A stretch of DNA of 64,000 nucleotides from positions 192,001-256,000 of the forward strand of contig CAWJEN010000003.1 in NCBI GenBank assembly GCA_963841915.1, in the 5' to 3' direction. The notes beneath the pieces are model-generated. The model was not told where the DNA came from. It saw nothing but the letters and a program-made list of their open reading frames with translations, and did not search any database. Position numbers and translations under genes: made by a program. Positions 49,149-59,235 of the stretch are shown here, piece after piece. Position 1 is the first letter of the stretch. Each line of letters begins with the position of its first letter. Source of the stretch: an uncultured Planctomycetota bacterium. GTDB lineage: Bacteria > Planctomycetota > Phycisphaerae > Tepidisphaerales > Tepidisphaeraceae.

Positions 49149-49857
49149 CGGCCTCATCATTGACCGCAGAAATTGTCAGGTCGCGGGTGAGCGAAATCCG
49201 GCGGTCGCGGAGCATCTCTAGGATCACCAGGAACGTCGCAATGATCCCCCCGCGCGTTGAACTCGCCGCCAGCAGATCCCGCAACGGCATCGGAGCTTTT
49301 AGGAGTTGATCCAAAATCTCTGCCCGCACCACGGCGGCGGGGCGTTCGTCGTCGGCCACGTCGTGCGTCGTCGGCCCCCGCCTGTCGAGATCGCCGAGGA
49401 CGTCTCTGTAGGTGCTGACGAGCAGATCGAGCGTCAGGTCGTCGACATCGAGCACGGCCTTCTGCGCCTGATCGTTCGCCAGCGCCGCCCGGACGTGCCG
49501 CATGGCTGCGTCGTCGGCAAGCGTGTCGAGCCGGTCGGCCGCTTTGCGCAGGCGCTGATAGTCGAGCAGTTGCCGCACGAGGTCGAGGCCGCCGAGCGTG
49601 GTGGCTTCTGATCGTTCGCGTCTGTCGTCCTCGACCGGGAGCAAGCGGACGCTCTTGAGTTCGACTAGCGTGGCTGCCACGACGAGGTATGCACCGGCTT
49701 CGTCGGGGTCGAGCTGTCCGCCCCGCAGACACGCCAGGAAGTCGCCGGCGACCTTAGCCAGCGAGACGTCGCAGATGTCGAGCTCACGCTGGCGGACCAG
49801 GTGCAACAGCAGGTCAATCGGCCCGTCGTAGACGCTTGTTTCGACTCGCAGGGGCAC
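49084..49857 (-). CDS. scpA: Segregation and condensation protein A (SMC kleisin)
   Basis: YDGPIDLLLHLV, YLVVAATLVELKS and ATFLVILEM motifs. Confidence 0.88.
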   Translation of the reverse strand: MPLRVETSVYDGPIDLLLHLVRQRELDICDVSLAKVAGDFLACLRGGQLDPDEAGAYLVVAATLVELKSVRLLPVEDDRRERSEATTLGGLDLVRQLLDYQRLRKAADRLDTLADDAAMRHVRAALANDQAQKAVLDVDDLTLDLLVSTYRDVLGDLDRRGPTTHDVADDERPAAVVRAEILDQLLKAPMPLRDLLAASSTRGGIIATFLVILEMLRDRRISLTRDLTISAVNDEADDTRRFDEEAGADGPRSATDA

Positions 49858-49919
49858 CGTGTACAAAGGTAGACGATGAAACGGCCCGGAGGTCGTGTCG
49901 GCCACGGCAACCCGATAGG

Positions 49920-52271
49920 ATGTGGCCGCCCGTGTCGTTCCAGCGAATCCTCGAACTTCTGCTCGGCCTCGACGGCGGCTTCCTCGCACGCGACGGAGCC
50001 TTCTCGATCGGCTTCCGACCGCGGTGGCCGTGGCAGGACTTGATCGGCGTCGGTTTGTGGAACCTGGGCCTTCTCGCCGTTGTCCTGCTCATCGTCGTTT
50101 GGGCGTATCGCAGAGACGGCCGCAGCCGCGGGTGGCGCATCACGCTCGGCGGTTTGAGGTTGTCGGTGCTGGTCTTGTTGCTGGGTTTGCTCAATCGGCC
50201 GACGCTGTCACTCGAGCGAGTTCGCATCGAGCCGAGCGTCGTGGCAGTGCTCGTCGACACGTCGGCGAGCATGAGCGTGTCAGACATCGGCGAGCCGGGT
50301 GAAAAACAAGCGCGTATTGCCGTCGCAAAGCAGATGGCCGCGACTGCTGCCGAGCAACTCGGCGAGGAACACAGTGTGCGGGTGTTTGCCGTCGATGCGC
50401 TGGCGACTCAGACGGACGAGCTTGAAGCGCTAGAAGCGTCCGGCGGGCAGACATCGCTCGCCGCCGCCGCGGAAGATGCCTTGCGTCAGCTACGCGGGCA
50501 GAACATTGCCGGCCTGCTGTTGCTCAGCGACGGCCGCGACAGTGAGGTTGATGCGGCTGCGGGATCGGTGCTTCGACAGTCGGGCGTGCCGCTGTGGGCG
50601 GTGCCCATCGGTGAGCCGGGGCAACCGGTGAACGTGACGGTCGAGTCGATTTCGGCAGAGCCAACTGTTTTCGCCGGTGACGTGCTCAACGTAGTCGCCA
50701 GAGTTCGTGCCCGCGGACTCGAAGGCGACGTCGTGGTGCGGCTGCTCGACGAAGCCGGCGAACCGATGATCGGCCTTGACAACCAGCCCATCACGACGAC
50801 GATCCAAGCGAGCAATGATGAGGAGGCGATTGAGGTCGAGCTGCAATGGCCGACGGGCGAGCCCGCGTCGGTTGCCATGGTTGTCGCCGCCGACACACCG
50901 GTCGGCGTCGACGAGACCGATCTGAGTGACAACCGCCGCACGCTGCGGGTCGACGTGCTGGAGGCAAACATCCGGGTGCTCTACGTCGATGGGTACCCGC
51001 GCTGGGAGTATCGCTACCTCAAGAACCGCCTGCTGCGCGACGAGACGATCGACGCGAGCATCTTGCTGACAAGTGCTGACCCGAATTTCGCACAAGAAGG
51101 CAACACGCCGATCCGCCGATTTCCGGTGACGGCTGAGGAGTTGCAGGCATACGACGTTGTGCTGTTCGGCGACGTGAGTCCGCGGCAGTTCGGTGACGGT
51201 CAGCTCGAATTGATACGCGAGTTCGTCGGTGACCGCGGCGGCGGGTTTGGCATGGTGGCTGGCCCGCGCAGCGGCCCATGGGCATGGCAGGGCACGGCGA
51301 TCGAGGCGATCTTGCCGGTCGATGTCGTTGCAGAACCGAGTCAGGCGAGCGGGGCGATGAGCTATCGACCTGTCGTCACCGACGCGGGCCGGCAGACGGG
51401 CATCTTCCGCTTTTACGGCGACCGCGAGGCGAACGACGCCTTCATCGCAAACGACATTCGCGAGCTGTACTGGTTTGCCGACGGCATCCGAGCCAAGGCG
51501 GGCGTCGGTGATGTGCTGGCCGAGCATCCGGACGAAGTCGCACCCGACGGCCGCCCGGCACCGCTGCTGATTGCCGGCAGATACGGCGCCGGTCGCACCT
51601 TGTTCAACGGCATCGACGAGTCGTGGCGGTGGCGGTACTACACGGGCGAGAGCGTTTTCGACACGTTCTGGGTGCAGCAGCTGCGTTACCTCGCCCGCGG
51701 CAGAAAATTGGGTGAACGGCGGGCTTCTTTAAGAGTGTCCCGCCCGAGCTACGAAGTGGGCGAACGCGCGTCTGCCGAGCTACGCGTGCTGGATCCGCGG
51801 CTGGCTGGGCAACTGCCTGATCGTGTGGAGGCTGACATCAGCGACGCCGATGGCAACCCGATCGGCGTCGTGCCGCTGATCCGCCGTGTCGCCGGTGACG
51901 CCGAGGGCGGCACCGGCGAAGACCGCTACACCGGCACGTACAGCGTCGATCGTGCAGGTTCCTTCACACTCAGCGTCTCACCGTTGGCCGCCGACGTGCC
52001 GGAGCTCGCCGATGACTATTCGGTGGAGCTGCCGCGAATTGAGCTGCGGAACCCTGCGACCGACTTTGCCGCATTGGGTCGCCTCGCCGACGAATCAGGC
52101 GGCCGCATCGTTGAGCGTGACAACTTGGAGTCACTGACCATCGAGCCGAAGGAGCGTCGCGTTCCGGTCATTGCCGCCCGGCCGCTGTGGGACGCGCCGA
52201 TCGCCTTCGTGTTGCTGGCGTTGCTGCTGACGTTCGAATGGGTCGGCCGCAAGATGGCGGGTCTGATCTGA
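49920..52271 (+). CDS. Membrane protein with VWA and glutamine-amidotransferase-like domains
   Basis: VDTSASM MIDAS motif, LLSDG, PRWEYRYL, WRWR, and C-terminal EWVGRK. Confidence 0.8.
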   Translation: MWPPVSFQRILELLLGLDGGFLARDGAFSIGFRPRWPWQDLIGVGLWNLGLLAVVLLIVVWAYRRDGRSRGWRITLGGLRLSVLVLLLGLLNRPTLSLERVRIEPSVVAVLVDTSASMSVSDIGEPGEKQARIAVAKQMAATAAEQLGEEHSVRVFAVDALATQTDELEALEASGGQTSLAAAAEDALRQLRGQNIAGLLLLSDGRDSEVDAAAGSVLRQSGVPLWAVPIGEPGQPVNVTVESISAEPTVFAGDVLNVVARVRARGLEGDVVVRLLDEAGEPMIGLDNQPITTTIQASNDEEAIEVELQWPTGEPASVAMVVAADTPVGVDETDLSDNRRTLRVDVLEANIRVLYVDGYPRWEYRYLKNRLLRDETIDASILLTSADPNFAQEGNTPIRRFPVTAEELQAYDVVLFGDVSPRQFGDGQLELIREFVGDRGGGFGMVAGPRSGPWAWQGTAIEAILPVDVVAEPSQASGAMSYRPVVTDAGRQTGIFRFYGDREANDAFIANDIRELYWFADGIRAKAGVGDVLAEHPDEVAPDGRPAPLLIAGRYGAGRTLFNGIDESWRWRYYTGESVFDTFWVQQLRYLARGRKLGERRASLRVSRPSYEVGERASAELRVLDPRLAGQLPDRVEADISDADGNPIGVVPLIRRVAGDAEGGTGEDRYTGTYSVDRAGSFTLSVSPLAADVPELADDYSVELPRIELRNPATDFAALGRLADESGGRIVERDNLESLTIEPKERRVPVIAARPLWDAPIAFVLLALLLTFEWVGRKMAGLI

Positions 52272-52291
52272 GCACCCGTTGCGGGCGATTC

Positions 52292-52939
52292 TTATTGATC
52301 GTCTCTCAAACCGACCGGCTTGCCGAGCACTTCACTGGCAATGATGATGGTTTTGAAGCTGTCCCGCTTACGAAGCAGATGACGCATGCGGTCGCCTCGC
52401 GAAACACCTGAGTCGCGGCGGTGGGCACTTCGCACGCCCGATGTGACGGCTGCCATGATGGCTGGTTTGGCGATCTTCTGCTGCGTCGGAGCGAGCCGCG
52501 CCACGGTCGCCTGTTTCTGCCTGACTAACTGAGATTGCGGACGCTGTGCCACAGGCTGAGGGCGTGCCGCAACCTGCTGAGGCGGCCGGCGACGCTGCTG
52601 GTCCTGACGCTCCTTGGCCTCGGCCTCCCGCGCCCGTTGGGCTGCGGCGATGGCGGCGCGGTCCTGCGGCGTCAGGATCATGTCAGCCAACTCCGGCGGC
52701 ATCGCCGAAGCCGCCTGCAACGCCGCCTCTTCGTTCCTGTTCCTCGACGCCTTTGCTCGCCGTTGCGCCAGACGCTGGCTGATGCGTTCGTCCAGCGCGG
52801 TCCGCTTGCCTGTCTTCTTGATCTTCTCCTTGCTCGCCTTGCTGATGTTCGAGACCACCGAAAACACGACGATCACAAGCATAATGACGCCGACGACGGG
52901 AAACCCGTCAGCCAGTGGTAGCAGTAGCAGGTGACTCAT
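52292..52939 (-). CDS. YqfB-like membrane-anchored protein
   Basis: N-terminal TM and C-terminal IIASEVLGKPVGLR. Follows floA. Confidence 0.7.
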   Translation of the reverse strand: MSHLLLLPLADGFPVVGVIMLVIVVFSVVSNISKASKEKIKKTGKRTALDERISQRLAQRRAKASRNRNEEAALQAASAMPPELADMILTPQDRAAIAAAQRAREAEAKERQDQQRRRPPQQVAARPQPVAQRPQSQLVRQKQATVARLAPTQQKIAKPAIMAAVTSGVRSAHRRDSGVSRGDRMRHLLRKRDSFKTIIIASEVLGKPVGLRDDQ

Positions 52940-52948
52940 GATGCTCAA

Positions 52949-53977
52949 TCAGTTCCGCGGGTTGTCGTCACGATCGGCAATGCTCTCACGCATGGACGTG
53001 TCAGCTTCGACATTCCGCATCTTGTAATAGTCCATGATGCCCAAATTGCCGTTGCGGAACGCGTCGGCCATGGCGCGAGGCACCTCCGCCTCGGCGAGCA
53101 CCACCAACGCACGGTTCTCGGCAACCTTGGCGATGTTCTCCTGCTCCTGGGCGACAGCCATCGCTCGCCGCTGTTCGGCCTGTGCTTGGGCGACGTTCTT
53201 GTCGGCCTCTGCCTGTTCGGTCTGAATCTTGGCGCCGATGTTCGCGCCGACGCTCACGTCGGCGATGTCGATCGAAAGGATCTCAAAGGCAGTATTGGCG
53301 TCGAGGCCCTTGGCGAGCACGTTCTTACTGATCACATCCGGGTTCTTCAGCACCGCGCGGTGGTCGTTGGCCGAACCGATGGATGAAACGATACCCTCAC
53401 CGACGCGAGCGACGATGGTTTCTTCCGTCGCACCGCCGACGAGACGTCGAATGTTCGTGCGGACGGTGACACGTGCCTTCACCTTGAGCTGGATGCCGTC
53501 GGCGGCGACGGCATCGAGCGTGCTCGTGCCCATCTCGCGACTCGGCACGTCGATGACCTTTGGATCGACACTCGTCTTGATGGCCTCCAGCACGTTTCGA
53601 CCCGCAAGATCGATGGCGGTCGCAGTGTCCCAACCAAGGTCGATGTTGGCCTTGTCGGCTGCAATCATCGCGTTGATGACGCGGATCAAGTTACCACCTG
53701 CCAGAATGTGCGACTCCATCTGCTGAGGGTCGATCGCCAGACCGGCACGGGCGGCCTGAATCTTGGCGTAGACGATCGTCCGCGGATTGATGCCCGGCCG
53801 CAGGTCCATGCCGATCAGGTCAGTGATGCCGGTGCGAGCACCGGAAAAGAGCGCTTCAACGTAAAGCTTGGCATACCGCAGGAAGATCGCGACCAGCACG
53901 AGACCGATCAGCAGGGCGATTCCCACCAGCACAAGCAGGATGGGGTTTTCGAAGATGTCGGCGAGTGGAAGCAGCAT
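52949..53977 (-). CDS. floA: Flotillin-like protein FloA (YqfA)
   Basis: [33 protein letters not shown] and GNLGIMDYY motifs. Confidence 0.93.
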   Translation of the reverse strand: MLLPLADIFENPILLVLVGIALLIGLVLVAIFLRYAKLYVEALFSGARTGITDLIGMDLRPGINPRTIVYAKIQAARAGLAIDPQQMESHILAGGNLIRVINAMIAADKANIDLGWDTATAIDLAGRNVLEAIKTSVDPKVIDVPSREMGTSTLDAVAADGIQLKVKARVTVRTNIRRLVGGATEETIVARVGEGIVSSIGSANDHRAVLKNPDVISKNVLAKGLDANTAFEILSIDIADVSVGANIGAKIQTEQAEADKNVAQAQAEQRRAMAVAQEQENIAKVAENRALVVLAEAEVPRAMADAFRNGNLGIMDYYKMRNVEADTSMRESIADRDDNPRN

Positions 53978-53993
53978 GACAATCGCGTTGTAA

Positions 53994-54515
53994 CTAAAAA
54001 TTGGGTTCTTGACGAATCTCGGTCGCCTCGGGAACGTGAGCCCGAACCGTGGCCAAGCCGTCCTTGAAATGGATCACGCGGACGACGGTGTCAGCCGGCA
54101 GATCGCCCGACTCGGCGGTGACTTGCACCTCGGCACTGCCGCCGGTGTCGCGTGGGAACTCGGCCTCGCCCATGGGCCTCAGGGCGGTGAGCGTGCGACC
54201 GACGGCTCCGACGCGGACGACGTTCATCGGGACCGGGCTCGGCGCCGGGCCGCTGGCGAGCGTCATCCGTTTGCCGATCGGCGTCATCTGCCAAGCCTTG
54301 ATCATGCCAGCGGCGACAAACGGGCTCGACAGCACGACGGCGAAGAGCACGACAAGGCCCAACCACCGGTTGATCGTGAAACAGACGACGACCGCGGTCA
54401 GCAAAAGACCTGCACCGATGACGCTCATCACCCCGCCGCTGGGAATGAACAGGTCACCGAACAGCAGCAACGTGGCGGCGACGACAAGGATGACGATCAG
54501 GACAATCGGGTCCAT
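53994..54515 (-). CDS. Short NfeD-family protein
   Basis: TM region FIPSGGV plus OB fold [11 protein letters not shown]. Confidence 0.82.
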   Translation of the reverse strand: MDPIVLIVILVVAATLLLFGDLFIPSGGVMSVIGAGLLLTAVVVCFTINRWLGLVVLFAVVLSSPFVAAGMIKAWQMTPIGKRMTLASGPAPSPVPMNVVRVGAVGRTLTALRPMGEAEFPRDTGGSAEVQVTAESGDLPADTVVRVIHFKDGLATVRAHVPEATEIRQEPNF

Positions 54516-54518
54516 CGG

Positions 54519-56045
54519 CTACATCACCTCCTGCTCGCCTTGCGGGCGGACGACGATGCGATTGCCGGCGGCTTCGGTCACATGCACGCTCGTACCGGCG
54601 GCGATAAAGCCTCGATCGGTGATGACATCGATGATGGTGGTGTCGTCGGGGGCATCCGTGACGGAGAAGGTCGCCGTGCCGCCGGGTCGAATATCGACGG
54701 CTGCGACGCCAATCGTACCAACGGCTGGCCAGGCGGCGGCATTTATCTTGGCCTGCTCGCTCAGCGGCGCGTCCTCGAGGATCATCCGGTTCGCGTAGGG
54801 CAAGTGAGGCAGGAATCTTGCAAGCCACATCCAAAGCAGCAGGCTGACCACCATGGCTGCAGCGGTCAGCAGCAGGCCCGACATGAACTGCGACCAGTCG
54901 ACGCCGTAGCCGCTGGGCATGCCCGGCGTCGAGATCGGGCCGACGAAGGTAAGGGACAAGCCCATCAAGATCGAGACGAGGCCGGTCAAGCCGAAGACGC
55001 CGAAGCCAGGAATGACAAAGACCTCGACGGCCAGCAGGATCAGCCCGAGGACGACAAACAGCACCTCGTACCACTCGGCAAAGCCGGTCAGGAACGGAAT
55101 ACCGAACAGCACGCCAATCAGCACGGCTGCAATCGCTTCAGGGAAGCCGGTGCCGGGTGAGCTGAAGGCGGTGTAGACGCTGAGGAACAACAACGTCATG
55201 AGCAAGCCACGGACGGTAAAGCTGCTGAGCAGGCCGACCGTTCGTTCACCTGTCGACGGCTCGAGCGTTGCCATCACGGTGTAACCCATCGACTCGGCGA
55301 AGGCTTCGGGCGAGACAAAGGTGCCGACGCTGAGGTTGATCTTCTCGGCAACGACATTCGACACCGTCAGTAGCGACGTCTCCGAGTCGAGCGGTACGGG
55401 TACGTCCGGCAGATCCCGGTAACCGCCGCCTTCTGCCGTCAGCGTCTCGTACTGCTCCTTGTCGACGAACAACATCTCGCCGTCACCTTCGATCGGCTCG
55501 ACCACATAGACCGCAGCGACGGTTTCGACAAAGGTGCGGGCGAGCAGCGGGCTGTAGCCATTTCTGCGGGCCGAGTCGTCGAAATCGGCAAAGACCGGGC
55601 TTTCAGCCTTGGCCCGGTCTGTACCCTCGAGCTGCTGACCCATCGCGATAACGCCGCTGTCGCCGATCATGCTCGCCGGCTCCATGGCGATCGACTTGCA
55701 CGACAGGGCGATCATGGAGCCGGCGCTGATGGCCTTCTCGTCGACAAACGCATGGATCGGCACGTCGGCCTGCTTGATGAAGCGGGTGATCTCCGTCGCC
55801 GTTATGACCAGGCCGCCGTAGGTATCGATCTGCAGGATAATGGCGTCTGCACCGAGCTCCTTGGCCTCTCGGTACCGACGCATGATGCTGTTTTTGTAGA
55901 AGTCATCCACCTGCCCGTCGGCCCGGATGACCACCGCCTTACCCGACGCAGGAACAGCCGGCTGGGTCGTCTGCGCGACCAAAGCGCCTGCCGTCACGAG
56001 GACGGCGGCGAGGGCAAAAAGAAGCTGCGTGAACCCGGCTCGCAT
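54519..56045 (-). CDS. Long NfeD (ClpP-class membrane serine protease, YqeZ-like)
   Basis: IDTYGG, AISAG, EVFVIPGFGVFG and IRPGG motifs. Confidence 0.88.
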   Translation of the reverse strand: MRAGFTQLLFALAAVLVTAGALVAQTTQPAVPASGKAVVIRADGQVDDFYKNSIMRRYREAKELGADAIILQIDTYGGLVITATEITRFIKQADVPIHAFVDEKAISAGSMIALSCKSIAMEPASMIGDSGVIAMGQQLEGTDRAKAESPVFADFDDSARRNGYSPLLARTFVETVAAVYVVEPIEGDGEMLFVDKEQYETLTAEGGGYRDLPDVPVPLDSETSLLTVSNVVAEKINLSVGTFVSPEAFAESMGYTVMATLEPSTGERTVGLLSSFTVRGLLMTLLFLSVYTAFSSPGTGFPEAIAAVLIGVLFGIPFLTGFAEWYEVLFVVLGLILLAVEVFVIPGFGVFGLTGLVSILMGLSLTFVGPISTPGMPSGYGVDWSQFMSGLLLTAAAMVVSLLLWMWLARFLPHLPYANRMILEDAPLSEQAKINAAAWPAVGTIGVAAVDIRPGGTATFSVTDAPDDTTIIDVITDRGFIAAGTSVHVTEAAGNRIVVRPQGEQEVM

Positions 56046-56104
56046 TGCCGAAGTGTAACCGAACGAATGCCGGATGTTGCACCTACCGGCAGGAAGCGGG
56101 GGGA

Positions 56105-57157
56105 TCATTCCTTCTTCGGCACGACCTCAAAGCCATGGGCCGAAGCGGCCTCCCGCAGTCGGGCGATGTCGCCGTAACCGTCGCTCGTCTCGCTGTCGAC
56201 GTAGCTCTGGCGGAGCTGCACCGGCTTGCCGCGAACCTTCTTAAGCTGGATGTTGAGCATCTCAACGAGCAGGGCAAAGGCCAGCGAGAAGTAGATGTAA
56301 CCCTTCGGAATCTCCTGCTCGAAGCCTTCTGCGACAAGCAGCACGCCGATGAGAATCAGGAACGACAACGCCAGGATCTTCGTGGTCGGGTGTTTCTCGA
56401 CGAAACGGCTGATCGGCCCGGCAAAAACGATCATGACGACCACCGCGATAAGCACGGCCACGCACATGATGGACAGGTACTTGGCGATTCCGACGGCGGT
56501 GATGACGGAGTCGATGGAGAAAACGAGGTCGAGCGCGAGGATCTGGGCGATGATGACGCCGAAACTCGCCGTCGCTTTGGCCGCGCCGCTTTCGTGGGCA
56601 TTGCCTTCGAGCTTGTCGTGAATCTCGTAGACGGCCTTCCCGAGCAGGAACAGGCCGCCGAGCAGGATGATGAGGTCCTTGATCGTGATGATGCCGGGGA
56701 TGTGCTCGCCTCCACCTTTGTGTGCATCCGCCTCGGCCGTCTCGACCGTCAACTCCCCAGCGGCGGCCGTTGCCGTGTCATTCGACGCCGCGGCCACGTC
56801 AGCCGGTTGCACCTCAGCCGCCTCGGTCCCAAACCAGCCGGTGACGTCGATGAGCGTGTACTTGTCCGGGTCGTCCAGCGTCAGCACCCAGGCCGCCCCG
56901 AAGAGCATGAGAATCCGCATGCCCGCCGCAAGCCCGAGTCCGATCTTCTGAGCCTTTGGCCGTTGTTCTTTTGGCAGCTTCCCCGTGAGAATCGCGATGA
57001 AGACGACGTTGTCGATGCCGAGGATGACTTCGAGCAGCGTCAGCGTCAGCAGTGACCCCAGGGCCGCGGCAGTCCAGACGCCGGAGTCGTAAAACACGAC
57101 GCCGAGCGTTGGGGAGGGCACGATCGACAGCAAGTCCGGCAGCGGCAGCAGGTCCAT
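56105..57157 (-). CDS. TerC-family membrane protein
   Basis: LEVILGIDNVVFI, LDLVFSIDSVITAVG and IPKGYIY motifs. Confidence 0.92.
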   Translation of the reverse strand: MDLLPLPDLLSIVPSPTLGVVFYDSGVWTAAALGSLLTLTLLEVILGIDNVVFIAILTGKLPKEQRPKAQKIGLGLAAGMRILMLFGAAWVLTLDDPDKYTLIDVTGWFGTEAAEVQPADVAAASNDTATAAAGELTVETAEADAHKGGGEHIPGIITIKDLIILLGGLFLLGKAVYEIHDKLEGNAHESGAAKATASFGVIIAQILALDLVFSIDSVITAVGIAKYLSIMCVAVLIAVVVMIVFAGPISRFVEKHPTTKILALSFLILIGVLLVAEGFEQEIPKGYIYFSLAFALLVEMLNIQLKKVRGKPVQLRQSYVDSETSDGYGDIARLREAASAHGFEVVPKKE

Positions 57158-57221
57158 GCGGGGCATCATGCCGACCCTGACCGCTACTGCCAACTGACGA
57201 CCTAGCCGCTACAATGGCTTT

Positions 57222-57908
57222 GTGCCCCTCGCCGCAGACCATCCGGGTGCGATTGACATTCCCCGCCCGCCGATTCGCCGCCGAACGCCGGCGGCGTATG
57301 TCAGCAAGGGCGTCGAACTTAGCGTCTACTACGGCATGACCATCACACCCGCTGACGTCGCACGCGTGCTCAATGCCGCACAGCTCCGCTACGTCATCGC
57401 TGGTGCGCACGCCGCCAACGCCCACACCGGCCGGCCCAGAGCCACACAAGATGTTGATGTTTTGACAGACGCGCCGAAACAGGTAGCCGACGCATTGACG
57501 GCAGCGTTCCCGCAGCTCGAAGTGCACGACACACCCGTCGTCACACGTCTGTTCCTCGACGGCGAGGAAGCGGTCGACATCATGAAAGCCGGCCAGTCCA
57601 AGCTGTTCCGTCGTGTCGTCCGCATGATTCAGCCGATCGACCTCGAAGGCGTGCCGGGTTACATCCCGCCGGTCGAAGGTGTGCTGGCGATGAAGTTCAA
57701 CGCGATGACCTTCCTCGGTCGGCAGCTGCTCGACCGCCAGCAGGACGGCCTCGACTTCGCCCGCGTGCTTGTCGCGACGGATGAGCTAGACCTGCCTGTC
57801 GACCTCGATCTGCTTCGCGAGCTCGGCGAGCTCGTCTATGTCGGCGGCGGTGAGGAGATCATCGGGCATGCGGCGGACGTTCGGGCCGGTCGGCCTCTTT
57901 CGCTCTGA
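57222..57908 (+). CDS. Pol-beta superfamily nucleotidyltransferase
   Basis: YVIAGAHA...RATQDVDVL and VDI...LAMK...D motifs. Confidence 0.75.
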   Translation: MPLAADHPGAIDIPRPPIRRRTPAAYVSKGVELSVYYGMTITPADVARVLNAAQLRYVIAGAHAANAHTGRPRATQDVDVLTDAPKQVADALTAAFPQLEVHDTPVVTRLFLDGEEAVDIMKAGQSKLFRRVVRMIQPIDLEGVPGYIPPVEGVLAMKFNAMTFLGRQLLDRQQDGLDFARVLVATDELDLPVDLDLLRELGELVYVGGGEEIIGHAADVRAGRPLSL

Positions 57909-57917
57909 ATAGCCGTC

Positions 57918-59129
57918 TCACCGCACGCCCATCAGAATCTCGGCCGTCAGTTGATCAAGCTTCTCATAGGGAAGGTCGATCGCACCCAGCGCGTCGCGGT
58001 CGAAGTCGTGGGCCAGCAGCGCCTTGGCGTTCTTCTTCGAGAACTTGCCAGTGAACTTGCTGCTGGCGTGCGACGGATTGATCTGCTTGATCAGGCCCTG
58101 GATTTCCTTGTCCGCGTTCCAGCGGGCGGCCTTGTCCTTGAGAATCATGTACGTCCGCATGGAACCCTTGGCAAACTCAAGCACGTCGCCGTAGCCGCTT
58201 TGGCGGTACGCGTGTGAGTCGAAGTGGCGTGGGCCGTTGTACTTGTGGTCCTCCAGCAGCTTCACAAGGAAGAAGGCCGATTTGTAACTGACGCTGCCGA
58301 ACCGGAAGTCCTGGTCGTAGCGGCCGAATTCCTGGTCGTTGAGGTCGATGTGGAACAGCTTCTTCTGCTCCAACGCTTGGCCGACGTGGTGGACGAAGTT
58401 CAGACCGGCCATCGACTCGTGGGCGAACTCAGGGTTCACGCCACACATCTCCGGGTAGTCGAGCGTCGGGATCAGCGCGAGGTAGCTACCCGTGACGGCA
58501 AAGTAGATGTGGCCGCGTGGCTCGTTGGGCTTGGCCTCGAAGGCGAACTTGTACCCGAAACCCTGGTCGTTGTTGTACGCGCAGAGAAAGTTGATCGCCT
58601 CGCGGAAGCGCTTGATCGACTCGGTCGGGTCTTTTGTCGCGTCGCTTTCTGTGCCTTCGCGTCCGCCCCAGAAGACGTAGGTCTTGGCACCGAACTCTGC
58701 TCCGAGCTCCATCGCCCGCATTGTCTTCTGGATAGCGTACGAGCGGACGCGTGCATCGTTGCTGGTGAACGCGCCGTCTTTGAAGACCGGATGGCCAAAC
58801 AGGTTCGTCGTCGCCATCGGCACCTTCAGGCCGTTGGCACGAAGCGCCTTCTTGAACTCCTTCTTGATGTCAGCCGCCTCGGACTCGGTGGCGTCGATCG
58901 GGATCAGGTCGTTGTCGTGGAAGTTGACGCCGTACGCGCCTGCCTCGCCGAGCAGGTCACACAGTTCGGTGACGTTCTTCTTGTGCCGCGTCGGACCGCC
59001 GAACGGGTCACCGCCGACATGGCCCACGGTCCACAGGCCAAACGTGAACTTCATCTTCGGATCGGGTGCGTACTGATCTCCACGCGCTTGTGCCGACTTG
59101 CTGCTTTTCTTCGAAACCTTTTTGGCCAT
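57918..59129 (-). CDS. xylA: Xylose isomerase
   Basis: FTFGLWTVG, FHDNDL, FWGGREG, KPNEPR, VNPEFAH and HIDLNDQ motifs. Confidence 0.95.
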   Translation of the reverse strand: MAKKVSKKSSKSAQARGDQYAPDPKMKFTFGLWTVGHVGGDPFGGPTRHKKNVTELCDLLGEAGAYGVNFHDNDLIPIDATESEAADIKKEFKKALRANGLKVPMATTNLFGHPVFKDGAFTSNDARVRSYAIQKTMRAMELGAEFGAKTYVFWGGREGTESDATKDPTESIKRFREAINFLCAYNNDQGFGYKFAFEAKPNEPRGHIYFAVTGSYLALIPTLDYPEMCGVNPEFAHESMAGLNFVHHVGQALEQKKLFHIDLNDQEFGRYDQDFRFGSVSYKSAFFLVKLLEDHKYNGPRHFDSHAYRQSGYGDVLEFAKGSMRTYMILKDKAARWNADKEIQGLIKQINPSHASSKFTGKFSKKNAKALLAHDFDRDALGAIDLPYEKLDQLTAEILMGVR

Positions 59130-59177
59130 GCGGCGAGTTTGGCGACTTTGCCCGGAAACTGCAATGCGCGCTTACGC

Positions 59178-59210
59178 AAACGCCCGCCGCACGAGACCGT
59201 GCGGCGGGCG
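59178..59210 (-). terminator. Intrinsic terminator
   Basis: Perfect 13-bp stem CGCCCGCCGCACG/CGTGCGGCGGGCG followed by TTTG on the minus strand. Confidence 0.75.
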
Positions 59211-59235
59211 GATCAGCTCAAGAAATTAATCAGGC

